A stretch of DNA of 61,523 nucleotides from a virus (lineage: Duplodnaviria; Caudoviricetes). The notes beneath the pieces were generated by a model. That model worked only from the letters and a program-made list of their open reading frames with translations, was not told the origin of the DNA and ran no database searches. Below are positions 34,314 through 43,365 of this stretch, one piece after another (the first letter of the stretch is position 1; every line of letters begins with the position of its first letter). The position numbers and the translations under genes were made by a program. Where the stretch lies: IMG/VR virus record IMGVR_UViG_3300043548_000080, positions 1-61,523 of that record. One strand, given 5' to 3'.

Positions 34314-34756
34314 TACAAGACTTTTCTGGCTTTCATGGCGCCGATGGCTAACCCTGCCTGATGGCGACACGGCAGGCTCGACGCGGCGCTGGCGGCGCTG
34401 GTGGGGTGGGCCTGGGCCACCGGGGGGTACAGCGTTATTTGTATATACCTCCCTACACAGATCTGGTTTTTTACCTTAGTTACGTCACCATATATCAACA
34501 CAGCCTCCAACACACCACAGCCTAAGTTGTTGTCCTATCTCTTCTTTTCTTTTGATGTTTCATGCAACCGATGTTGTCATACGTTGTCGCTGACAGCTAT
34601 GCCGATGTCCTCACAGACAACACAGCCTCAGCAGGGGCCTCTACAGCCTCTTCCAGCAACACAGCCTATGCACCCTACGCTGAAGCCTGCACAGGGGCTC
34701 TAAAGCCTTGGTTTCTGAGCAGGGCATGTTAAAGAGCAACAAAGACAACAAAGGGC

Positions 34757-34784
34757 TTGACACAGGTGTGTTGTTGTGTATAAC
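34757..34784 (+). promoter_or_regulatory. Sigma70-like promoter at the start of the late arm
   Basis: TTGACA-16-TATAAC with upstream TG. Confidence 0.7.
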
Positions 34785-34790
34785 ATAGCC

Positions 34791-35281
34791 TTGTCTGCTT
34801 CACGGACGTCTACACCTGGGTGAAGCAATGAAGACAAAGATGCCTACCAGGGGTGAGCAACAAAGGCATCAACGTGGGGCTAGGGTCTAGAGCGTGTTGT
34901 GGGCAGCTTCAGTGAGCTGTAATAGTCTGGACTGAACACTGAATAAGCTTGCTAAGCTTTTTGAGGCTTAGTAGGCAGAGCTATGTCTATATAGTTATGT
35001 AGACTGATGTAGACAGAGAGTAGTTCTAAAGGGTTCTGATGGTGTTATTGAAATAGTCAGTGTTATATCAATCTACACTAATCAGCATCGGAAAAGACCT
35101 ATATAGCAAGACAGAACAATAATAAGTGCTAATAGCCTCTAACACCGCTAATTAAAGCTATTTCATAATGTGAAATGTGCTGATAGAATAACATCAGCGA
35201 TATCATCTACATTAAACAGGTACTTCGTACCAGACTATGTAGTCTATATAGCCCTAAACAACAAAGAGCTTTTTTGTTGTT
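34791..35281 (+). ncRNA. Candidate structured non-coding RNA (~490 nt)
   Basis: ORF-free, starts just after the promoter, many hairpins with G-U pairs, long-range complementarity, ends in a hairpin. Confidence 0.4.
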
Positions 35282-35558
35282 AACAAAAGCCGCTAGGCTT
35301 TTTCTGTTTCCCTTAAAGCACCCGATGTTTCAAACAAGAGAACAACTTCAACATAAGCTCCATAAGTGGCCTCATAGCGTTTATTCAGAGGCAATGAAGG
35401 AAGTGTTTAAGAAAGAAGAGCGTTGTTCTTCTGTTGGTTTTCATTCTGATGTTTATTTCGTAAGAGCCGCTATGGAAAAGCATAGTGGTTTGTTGTTCCC
35501 TTTGTTTCTCGTTGAGAGAGCAATGAAAAAAGAAGGATGGAAAAATGTCAACTCCTGA
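35274..35558 (+). CDS. Hypothetical protein (likely start MFQTREQ)
   Basis: FHSDVYFVRAAME motif; overlaps next gene. Confidence 0.5.
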   Translation: MLLTKAARLFLFPLKHPMFQTREQLQHKLHKWPHSVYSEAMKEVFKKEERCSSVGFHSDVYFVRAAMEKHSGLLFPLFLVERAMKKEGWKNVNS

Positions 35559-35802
35559 TAACACCGTAAATATTGCACCAGCAGCGCGGCTGACGGCTAT
35601 TACGAAGAGTGATAGCACTGTTTATTCACCGCTCATTAGAGCCATCTATGTTGGTGTTGGAGGCAACATCAATGTTGTTGACAGTGCTGGAAACACTGTG
35701 TTGTTTGTTGGCGTTCCTCAGGGCGCTGTGTTGGGTCCGTTTGCAGTGTCTAAGGTGATGAGTGCTAGCACCACTGCTAGTTCTATGGTGGGGTTCATTT
35801 AA
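35545..35802 (+). CDS. Head spike base protein (GTA Rcc01079-like)
   Basis: AITKSDST..RAIYVGVGGNINV..VSKVMSASTTA; precedes a fibre gene. Confidence 0.7.
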   Translation: MSTPDNTVNIAPAARLTAITKSDSTVYSPLIRAIYVGVGGNINVVDSAGNTVLFVGVPQGAVLGPFAVSKVMSASTTASSMVGFI

Positions 35803-37557
35803 GTGTCTGGTCTTTCTTTGTCAACGGCTATGTCTATAGCCAATATTGGTGGTAGACCGTATAGTCCTTCTGCTTTGTTTGTAACAGGGGCTAATGGTAT
35901 TTGGTATGAACCAAGCGACCCCACCACCCTGTTCACCACCTCCACCGGCACCACGCCCTGCGCTGTTCCTGGCTCTGGGTCTCAGGTGCTGGTGGGGTTG
36001 ATGCTGGATAAGTCGCAGGGTTTGGTGCTTGGGTCGGAGTTGCTGGCTGATTCTGGATTTAATAACGCAGCTTCGTGGCAATCAAACGCTGGCGTCACAA
36101 TTTCTGGTGGCGAAGCCATTTGGAACACGGCTACCAATAGTGTATATGTCCGCCAACCGCTCATAACCACAGCAAATACCTATTATGAATTTACTGTCGT
36201 CTGTTCTTCGTACACGGCAGGAACGGTATTTGTTGGTATTGGCGCCGGCGGAACAAATCTTACGAGCTTTCCAATCAACGCGGTAGGTACTGTTACATTT
36301 AGAATCAACGTCGAAGCAAACTCTGGAACTGTTTGGCTTTTGACTCCCACAGGAGGAGCGCAACTTAGCATCACAAGCTTTTCCGTTAGGCAGGTTTCCG
36401 GCAACCACGCCATCGCCTTCAACGACACCACCGCACGCCCGGAGTTGAGTGCGCGGGTGAATTTGTTGACGTATTCGGAGCAGTTTGATAATTCGTATTG
36501 GACGAAAGTTGCTTCTACAATAGCGGCCAACACTGGCATTGCGCCAGATGGAACAAATACTGCTGACAAGCTGATTGAAAACGCCGCAACAACAATTCAT
36601 TACGTATCAAGAATTACGGCCGACTTTACGGCTGGCGTGACTTACACGCTATCGGCTTACGTTAAAGCTGCGGAGCGTCAATGGGTCGTTCTTGGATTTC
36701 TAAACGAATCTAATCGTTCTGTTTGGTTTGGTGTTGCGAACGGCGTTGTTGGAACAATGCAATCCAATGTTGCTACAGCGTCAATTCAGGCTGTTGGAAA
36801 TGGTTGGTATCGTTGCGTAATGACGACAACCAGCGCAAGCGCACAGCCATATCCAAGTATTGCAATAGCCAGCGCGGACGGCACCAGCAATTACACCGGC
36901 GACGGCACCAGCGGCATCTTCATCTGGGGCGCCGACCTCCGCCCCGCCAACATCGGCTCTGCCATCCCGTCCTACCAGCGGATTGCAGACCAGTACACCT
37001 ACGACAGCAACGGCTTCCCGACCTATCTGCGCTTTGACGGCGTGGATGACTCGATGTATACGCCTGCGAGCATCAACTTCAGCGGCACGGACAAGATGTC
37101 GGTGTTTGCGGGGGTGCGGAAGTTGAGTGATGTGAGCGCAGGGTGTCTGGTAGAGCTTTCATCTAACTACTCAGCAAACGACGGAACATTTACGGGTTTT
37201 GCGCCGGGTTCTAATTTCCCGACCGGATACGATTGGCCGTATCGTGGAACCGCTACGGTAGCAACGCCGGGTTTTGCAGCGGAGGCCCCGACCACCAACG
37301 TAATTTCTTCTGCGTACAACATTTCTGCGCCTAGCGCGGTAATTAGATCAAACGGCGCACAAGTGTCTTCCGCTACTACAGGCGCGGGCACCGGCAACTT
37401 TGGCAACTACCCGCTGTTCATAGGTCGCCGCAACAACGCCACGTTCCCTCTCAACGGCCACCTCTACAGCCTAATCACCGTAGGCACACAACTGCAAAGC
37501 GGCAGCATCACGGCTACGGAGCAATACGTTGCCGGAAAGACAGGGGTGCAGATATGA
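35803..37557 (+). CDS. Head spike / fibre protein with lectin-like domains
   Basis: GIWYEPSD, NLLTYSEQFDN..TADKLIE, NGWYRC, GIFIWGA, YLRFDGVDD. Confidence 0.7.
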   Translation: MSGLSLSTAMSIANIGGRPYSPSALFVTGANGIWYEPSDPTTLFTTSTGTTPCAVPGSGSQVLVGLMLDKSQGLVLGSELLADSGFNNAASWQSNAGVTISGGEAIWNTATNSVYVRQPLITTANTYYEFTVVCSSYTAGTVFVGIGAGGTNLTSFPINAVGTVTFRINVEANSGTVWLLTPTGGAQLSITSFSVRQVSGNHAIAFNDTTARPELSARVNLLTYSEQFDNSYWTKVASTIAANTGIAPDGTNTADKLIENAATTIHYVSRITADFTAGVTYTLSAYVKAAERQWVVLGFLNESNRSVWFGVANGVVGTMQSNVATASIQAVGNGWYRCVMTTTSASAQPYPSIAIASADGTSNYTGDGTSGIFIWGADLRPANIGSAIPSYQRIADQYTYDSNGFPTYLRFDGVDDSMYTPASINFSGTDKMSVFAGVRKLSDVSAGCLVELSSNYSANDGTFTGFAPGSNFPTGYDWPYRGTATVATPGFAAEAPTTNVISSAYNISAPSAVIRSNGAQVSSATTGAGTGNFGNYPLFIGRRNNATFPLNGHLYSLITVGTQLQSGSITATEQYVAGKTGVQI

Positions 37558-38009
37558 GCGACGTTTTTAGAACAATGATTGTTACAGCCGCAGACGCGCC
37601 GCTCGTCAGAGCTATTGCGGACATGTTCGCAGGCTCTCCGCAGAACATGTGGATTGTGGGCCTGAGCGCTGACGGCAAAGCCCCGGCGACGCACTACATC
37701 AGCACGGGCGGTGTACCGGAAGGCTATCAGGTGATGGCGCCGTGGCAGGTCTGGGAGCAAGACGAAACCGGCGCATGGCAGATGACCGACAGCTACCCTG
37801 GTCAGCCTGACATCGTGTGGCAAGCCTGTCAGCAACCTATTCCCAACACCGAGTCGCCGCAGCCAGCAGTGCCCTGCGCGCTGAAAGAGGTTGAGGGTGT
37901 CTTCGCCAGAGCCGACATGACGGCGCAAGACCCCTTCGTTGCGATGGGGCGCTTGGGCTTACAGCTTATTCAAACTAGTATGGAAGAAGACAATGCCTTA
38001 TATGACTGA
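37554..38009 (+). CDS. Hypothetical fibre-associated protein
   Basis: LSADGKAPATHYISTG; ATGA overlap with fibre gene. Confidence 0.6.
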   Translation: MSDVFRTMIVTAADAPLVRAIADMFAGSPQNMWIVGLSADGKAPATHYISTGGVPEGYQVMAPWQVWEQDETGAWQMTDSYPGQPDIVWQACQQPIPNTESPQPAVPCALKEVEGVFARADMTAQDPFVAMGRLGLQLIQTSMEEDNALYD

Positions 38010-38253
38010 TGGCAAGCGAGACTATAAGAAGCAACAAAAATACGACGGCAAGCCTTCCGTCATTGCCGACAGAGCCCAAAGAAACGCTGCTAGAGCTAAA
38101 TTGAAGAAAGAGGGTGTTTCTGTTGCTGGCAAGGATGTTGCCCATAAGCTTGCGTTAAGCAAAGGCGGCTCTAATGAGAGGAGCAATTTGATGGTGCAGG
38201 CTCCGTCAAAGAACAAGAGTTTTTCTCGTAAGAAGGATGGGTCAATGAAATGA
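37993..38253 (+). CDS. Small basic HNH-like protein
   Basis: RAQRNAAR..GKDVAH..KGGSN..NL. Confidence 0.6.
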   Translation: MPYMTDGKRDYKKQQKYDGKPSVIADRAQRNAARAKLKKEGVSVAGKDVAHKLALSKGGSNERSNLMVQAPSKNKSFSRKKDGSMK

Positions 38254-38501
38254 AGACACCAGCTTGGACCCGTAAGGAAGGAAAAGACCCCGCAGGGGGC
38301 CTTAATGCCAAAGGCAGGGCCTCTTACAACAAAGCCACAGGAGGCAATTTGAAGCCTCCAGCGCCCCATCCAAAGACAGAGAAGGACAAGGCTAGGCGTA
38401 GCAGCTTCTGTGCGCGTATGAGCGGAATGCCAGGCCCTATGAAGGATGAGAAGGGAAAGCCGACAAGGAAGGCGTTGTCTCTCAAGGCTTGGAACTGCTG
38501 A
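38250..38501 (+). CDS. Small basic phage protein
   Basis: GGLNAKGRASY..RRSSFCARM..WNC. Confidence 0.7.
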   Translation: MKTPAWTRKEGKDPAGGLNAKGRASYNKATGGNLKPPAPHPKTEKDKARRSSFCARMSGMPGPMKDEKGKPTRKALSLKAWNC

Positions 38502-38502
38502 C

Positions 38503-38874
38503 ATGGCCCGCACCAACGAAGCCCTATGGGAGAAGGCTAAGGCAGAAGCCAAAGCCAAGATGGGTGGTAAACATTCTGCTAGGGCTATGCAGCTAGCAGG
38601 AAAGCTGTACAAAGAAAAAGGTGGTGGCTATAAAGGCCCCAAAACAGAAGCTCAGAAGAGCATGTCTAAATGGACCAAAGAGTCTTGGACAACGAAGTCT
38701 GGAAAGCCTTCGTCAGAGACAGGAGAGCGTTATTTGCCTGAGAAAGCCATCAAGGCATTGACGTCTTCTGAATATGCTGCTACAACGCGGGCTAAGCGTG
38801 AAGGCACCCGTCAAGGGAAGCAGTTTGTTGCTCAGCCTAAGAAGGTGGCTGAGAAGACAGCTAAATACAGATAG
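38503..38874 (+). CDS. Small basic phage protein (DUF5872-like)
   Basis: SARAMQL..YKEKGGGY..KWTKESW..GERYLP. Confidence 0.65.
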   Translation: MARTNEALWEKAKAEAKAKMGGKHSARAMQLAGKLYKEKGGGYKGPKTEAQKSMSKWTKESWTTKSGKPSSETGERYLPEKAIKALTSSEYAATTRAKREGTRQGKQFVAQPKKVAEKTAKYR

Positions 38875-38882
38875 GAAATATC

Positions 38883-39581
38883 ATGGTTCTCCCACTCATT
38901 GCTAGGGGCGTTGGTGCTCTTGCTGCTAAGCAGGCGTCTAAAGAAGTTGCTAAAAGAGCGCCAGGACGCGCTGAAAAATTCATGGGTATGGCAGATGAAG
39001 TGAAGCCTCTTCGTCTCACTGACGATGTTATGCGTGCTGGTGAAAGAGCCGCTGGCCCTGCTGCAGAGAGAGGAATGTCTGCCGCGTCAAAGGCTGGTCT
39101 TGCTACTGCTGCTGCTTTAGGTGCTGGTATGGGTGTTGGTGCTTTGCGTTCTGGTAAGGAAGAAAAGACGACAAAGGCTAGCGAAGCAGCAAGAAGTGCT
39201 GAAGAAGACAATAAAGCACCTAGCACAAAGACTGCAGCGGCTAAGAAGAGCGCTACACGCATTTCTTTTGAACGTGAGTTTGCTAGGAACAGGGCTGCTG
39301 GCGAAAGAGAATTCACATTCAACGGTGAAACATACACTACCCGTTATGATGGAGAAACAGCAGCCCAGCATCGCAAGAAGATGGAAGATATTGTTGATAA
39401 AGAAAACAGGTTGCGTGCTAGAGACGACGAAACTATGAGAAAGGCTAGAGAAGAGAAGCAGACACTAAAAGCTGATGAGATGCGTAAGGGCGGTATGGTG
39501 AAGAAGCAAGCCTATGCCAAGGGTGGCATGGTTGCTGCCAATTGCGGTGCTTCTATGAAGCCTCAGCAAAGGAAGAAGTGA
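38883..39581 (+). CDS. Hypothetical charged protein with two AxGG-type tags
   Basis: 232 aa; EFTFNGETYTT; MRKGGMV, YAKGGMV. Confidence 0.65.
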   Translation: MVLPLIARGVGALAAKQASKEVAKRAPGRAEKFMGMADEVKPLRLTDDVMRAGERAAGPAAERGMSAASKAGLATAAALGAGMGVGALRSGKEEKTTKASEAARSAEEDNKAPSTKTAAAKKSATRISFEREFARNRAAGEREFTFNGETYTTRYDGETAAQHRKKMEDIVDKENRLRARDDETMRKAREEKQTLKADEMRKGGMVKKQAYAKGGMVAANCGASMKPQQRKK

Positions 39582-39748
39582 TGCCTGCTACAAAGATGAA
39601 GATGTGTGAAGGATGTTCCAGCCCTGCTGCATGTAAGAAGGCTGGGAAGTGTCTGATGAAGGACAAGACCAATAAGCCTCAGCGTGGAGCTAAGGGCATG
39701 GCTGTCCTCATTGCTGTTGGTATGCCTAAGAAGGGTAAGGGGCGCTGA
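39581..39748 (+). CDS. Small Cys-rich basic protein
   Basis: CEGCSSPAACKKAGKC. Confidence 0.55.
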   Translation: MPATKMKMCEGCSSPAACKKAGKCLMKDKTNKPQRGAKGMAVLIAVGMPKKGKGR

Positions 39749-39749
39749 T

Positions 39750-40328
39750 ATGGCTACGAAGAATCCTGTAAAGAATCTTAAAGCTAAACTGGATAAAGAA
39801 ACGGCAGGTTCTGGTAGACGCTTTGGCGAGGAAAAGCCTGTTCAAAGGAATGTTGATAATTACGAAGACTATGTAAATCGTTCCCCTAAGGAAAGCAATG
39901 CCAACCGTTGGGCAGCTTCTGTCAAGGAAGACGTTGTAAAGTCTCAAAAGACAGATGTTAAGCGTCTCATCAAGGGTGTTGCTGGTAAGGTCAAAGAAGG
40001 CTCTACAGAGGCTGAAGAAAAGTTTGGCAGAAAGCAAATGAAAGCTGCTGCTGTTAGAGGTGGATTGCGTACAGCCAGTAGGCTTGGGTATCTAACAGGT
40101 GCAGCTGGTACTGGATATGCCGTTGGTGCCACGGCTAAAGAACTGTATGACAATGCCAAGGAAGGCAGGGAGCGTAGACGCCTTCAAGAAGAGAATGAAA
40201 AAGCTTTGGATAAAGCTGGCGACATCATCAATAGAGAAGATGTTGTTGGTCTTGCTCGCGGTGGTGCCGTAGCCAAGAAGATGGCTAAGGGTGGTGTTGC
40301 TAAGAAAATGCTTACAAAAAGGAAATAA
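39750..40328 (+). CDS. Hypothetical basic protein with AxGG-type tags
   Basis: C-terminal LARGGAV..MAKGGVA. Confidence 0.6.
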   Translation: MATKNPVKNLKAKLDKETAGSGRRFGEEKPVQRNVDNYEDYVNRSPKESNANRWAASVKEDVVKSQKTDVKRLIKGVAGKVKEGSTEAEEKFGRKQMKAAAVRGGLRTASRLGYLTGAAGTGYAVGATAKELYDNAKEGRERRRLQEENEKALDKAGDIINREDVVGLARGGAVAKKMAKGGVAKKMLTKRK

Positions 40329-40329
40329 T

Positions 40330-40704
40330 ATGCCCTCCTGCGGAACAAAGAAAATGGCTAAAGGTGGTGAAGTAAAGAAGAAGGTTGAGGCCAAGAAGCC
40401 TACTCCTGTTCTTGACAAAAAGATGAAGCCTGAGGACATGCCTCCTAATAAGGCTGCTATGGATATGATGCGTGAATGGGAAGATAAAGAAAAGCGTCGT
40501 AAGATGGGAGAGAGATATGAACAAATCATGCCTCCTTCTGGTCTTGCAAAGGGCGGCGCTATCCAACAAGCCAAAGTTGGGAAGGTGATGAAGGAATTCA
40601 AAGCCGGTAGCCTCCACAGTGGCAAGGGTGGCAAAGTGGTTAAGAGCCCTAAGCAAGCAATTGCAATTGCGTTGTCTGAGGCTCAACGGATGAAGAAGAA
40701 GTAA
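40330..40704 (+). CDS. Basic protein with C-terminal DUF6496-like domain
   Basis: KVMKEFKAGSLHSGKGGKVVKSPKQAIAIALSEA. Confidence 0.65.
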   Translation: MPSCGTKKMAKGGEVKKKVEAKKPTPVLDKKMKPEDMPPNKAAMDMMREWEDKEKRRKMGERYEQIMPPSGLAKGGAIQQAKVGKVMKEFKAGSLHSGKGGKVVKSPKQAIAIALSEAQRMKKK

Positions 40705-41933
40705 TGTCAATAACAAGCTACCCAGCGCTGGTAACACTAAATGAGCCCATCTCTATTGGTGGTACTAGCGCTGATGCTTTTGGGCGCACTCGTGTTAGTG
40801 CTCCGGTCACGCTTTTTGACAGCCAAAACAGATATGCAAAGAGTGCTGATTTCGATGAGTCTCTATCTGGTAGCGCTACTTCTACTCATGCTCCTAATGA
40901 ATCTACTGTCCTCCTCACTGTATCCACCACATCAGGAGATAAGGTAGTCAGAGAGACCAAGAGAGTGTTTGCTTACCAGCCAGGGAAGTCTCTGCTGGTG
41001 ATGAACACTTTTGTCATGCCTACAACACATGTCAATTTACGTTGCCGTGTAGGTTTCTTTGGTGAACAAAACGGTGTGTTCTTTGAACGCAGAGGCTCTC
41101 TTCTGCGTATGGTGCGACGTACATACACCAGTGGTGGTGTTGTAGACAACATTGAAGAACAAACTGCTTGGAATGGTGACAAGCTGGATGGAACAGGTCC
41201 TTCTGGTATTTCTATAGACACAACAAAGGCGCAGATTTTCTGGCAAGACTTTGAGTGGCTTGGTGTTGGCAGTGTCAGAACTGGCTTTGTTATCAACGGC
41301 AAATTCATTGTCTGCCACACATTCAATCATGCAAACATTCTCGCACTCGTCTACATGACAACGGCAATGTTGCCTGTTCGTTATGAGATTGAGAACCTTG
41401 ACACCACAGGCCCAAGCAGCAGAACAATGAAGCAAATCTGCTCCACCGTCATCAGCGAAGGGGGCTATGAAAAGAGAGTGCCTTTGCAGACGGCTAGAAG
41501 GACCGCAGCAGCCTCTGTGGGTACAACAGTGGTTCCGTTGCTGTCTCTTCGATTAGACAGCGCTAGGCTTGATTCTGTTGTCATTCCTGATGGCTACAGT
41601 GTGTTACCCATTGCCTCTGCTTCAACAACGTTTGAAATACAGCTTATCAAGAATGCAACGCTGACATCTCCCTCTTGGGCACAGACAACATCTGACAATG
41701 TGGAATTTGACACATCAGCCACTGCTGTCTCTGGTGGCACCATCGTGGATAGCGTATACACTGTAGAGAGCAACCAGACGTCCGATTCTGTCTCCAATAA
41801 TAGAGACTACAATTTCTCTATGCAGTTTGGAAGAACACTGGCAGGGGTGAGCGACATCTACACTCTTGCTGCTCGTACTCTCAGCGGCACTCAGAGTGCC
41901 ATTGCCACCTTCTCTTTCTGGGATTTGACATGA
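40704..41933 (+). CDS. Putative virion structural protein (beta-rich)
   Basis: DAFGRTRVS, YQPGKS, FEWLGVGSVRTGF, LPVRYEI. Confidence 0.65.
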   Translation: MSITSYPALVTLNEPISIGGTSADAFGRTRVSAPVTLFDSQNRYAKSADFDESLSGSATSTHAPNESTVLLTVSTTSGDKVVRETKRVFAYQPGKSLLVMNTFVMPTTHVNLRCRVGFFGEQNGVFFERRGSLLRMVRRTYTSGGVVDNIEEQTAWNGDKLDGTGPSGISIDTTKAQIFWQDFEWLGVGSVRTGFVINGKFIVCHTFNHANILALVYMTTAMLPVRYEIENLDTTGPSSRTMKQICSTVISEGGYEKRVPLQTARRTAAASVGTTVVPLLSLRLDSARLDSVVIPDGYSVLPIASASTTFEIQLIKNATLTSPSWAQTTSDNVEFDTSATAVSGGTIVDSVYTVESNQTSDSVSNNRDYNFSMQFGRTLAGVSDIYTLAARTLSGTQSAIATFSFWDLT

Positions 41934-42265
41934 CGGGAAACAAGAACAGATCAGTTGCTAAGGTATTGACTACGTCAACGGCTGATGTCTATGTTGTTCC
42001 TGCGGCTTTTAAGGCTGAGGTAGATTCCGTTGTCATCACCAACACCAGTGCTAGTGATGTTAGGATGGACTTGAACTGGTATGAAGCAACGACAGCAACG
42101 TCGTATGCTCTTGGCAACGATGTCATCATCAAAGCCAATAGTGTTGTTCAGCTAACCAATGCTCTCTACCTAGACAAGAATGACAAAATCACAGGAAGTG
42201 CTGCGGTTGATAGCGTCATCACTGTGACGGTGAGGACTAGGGAATACTTTGCTGAAAGGTTGTAA
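41930..42265 (+). CDS. Small beta-rich putative virion protein
   Basis: 111 aa; VYVVP..VITN..LYLDKNDKI. Confidence 0.6.
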   Translation: MTGNKNRSVAKVLTTSTADVYVVPAAFKAEVDSVVITNTSASDVRMDLNWYEATTATSYALGNDVIIKANSVVQLTNALYLDKNDKITGSAAVDSVITVTVRTREYFAERL

Positions 42266-42267
42266 AC

Positions 42268-42471
42268 ATGTTTGCACCACTCATCGCTATCTGTCTCTTG
42301 GGCGTTGAGTGCAATTTGTTTACAAGAGCAGACAAGAAGATGTATCAGACGTATGAAGAATGTGAAAAAGCAACCACCAAAGACGTAAAAGAAATTTGGG
42401 AGCGTTTGCGTTCTCGTAATATTGATGCGACAATCGGTTTTAAGTGCGAAGTACCAAAGGATAGGGTCTAA
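42268..42471 (+). CDS. Small Cys-containing hypothetical protein
   Basis: MFAPLIAICLLGVEC..YEECE..FKC. Confidence 0.55.
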   Translation: MFAPLIAICLLGVECNLFTRADKKMYQTYEECEKATTKDVKEIWERLRSRNIDATIGFKCEVPKDRV

Positions 42472-42833
42472 TGAAAAAAGAATTGACAGATCAGCAGAAG
42501 AAGTTTCTAGAGGTGTTGTTCTCTGAGGCTAACGGCAACCCAACCAGGGCTAAGGTGTTGGCTGGTTACAGCGAAGGCTATAGCACTAAAACGCTCATGG
42601 CTGGGTTGAAAGAGGAGGTGTTGGAGGCTACCAAGCTCTACATCGCAATGAACGCTCCTAAGGCTGCTATGGCTGTTATTGGAGGCATTGACGATCCTAC
42701 GCAGCTTGGCATCAAGGAAAAGCTGAACGCTGCTAAAGACCTGTTAGACCGTGCTGGACTCATCAAGACAGAGAAAATTGAGGTGAGTGGGGGTGGTGGT
42801 GTTATGTTGTTGCCTGCTAAGGACAATGAGTGA
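42471..42833 (+). CDS. Putative terminase small subunit
   Basis: LTDQQKKFL..AKVLAGYS HTH-like N-terminus, AAKDLLDRAG; upstream of TerL. Confidence 0.6.
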   Translation: MKKELTDQQKKFLEVLFSEANGNPTRAKVLAGYSEGYSTKTLMAGLKEEVLEATKLYIAMNAPKAAMAVIGGIDDPTQLGIKEKLNAAKDLLDRAGLIKTEKIEVSGGGGVMLLPAKDNE

Positions 42834-43365
42834 AAGAAATCTAGGTAGTTGGATACTTCCACAGCCAGTAGAAAAGGAGCGATATGTTCCAATCCCCAGA
42901 TGGAGACACACATTTGTTGTTCCTTTTGGTTATGAGGAGAGGGAAGGAGACACTGAATGGCTCTATCCCATCAAAAAAGAGCTAGATGTTCTTGAACTTG
43001 CTAAGAAACATGTCAAGAAATACACATACACAGATGTAGCTGCTTGGATGACTACACAAACAGGACGAAAAATCACTGGTCCTGGTTTGAAATATCGTAT
43101 AAAAAGTGAAATAGGAAGGCATAAGCGTGCTGGATTCTATCGATCCCTTGCTCGACGGTACAAAGAAGCTCTCCAGAAAGCCCAAGAGTACGAAGAAAGG
43201 CTTGGAAAAGCCGAAAAAACAGAGTTCTTTGATTCAGACCCTTTCATCCAACTCAGCAGAGATTGGGAACAAGCAGATAGAGATACCAAAGGGGCTGGAA
43301 GAGGAAAACAACGTCATCTTCAAGCCAAATCCAGGCCCTCAGACAGCATTTCTTGCAGCACCTGA
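42826..43365 (+). CDS. Hypothetical DNA-binding protein overlapping TerL
   Basis: VPFGYE..YTDVAAWM..TGRKITGPGL, reminiscent of recombinase-type DNA-binding domains. Confidence 0.55.
   Translation: MSERNLGSWILPQPVEKERYVPIPRWRHTFVVPFGYEEREGDTEWLYPIKKELDVLELAKKHVKKYTYTDVAAWMTTQTGRKITGPGLKYRIKSEIGRHKRAGFYRSLARRYKEALQKAQEYEERLGKAEKTEFFDSDPFIQLSRDWEQADRDTKGAGRGKQRHLQAKSRPSDSISCST

Noticed and set aside
33791-34703. Short ORFs in the control region (33791-33976, 34313-34513, 34401-34703)
   Set aside because: Low-complexity translations of regulatory repeats without RBS
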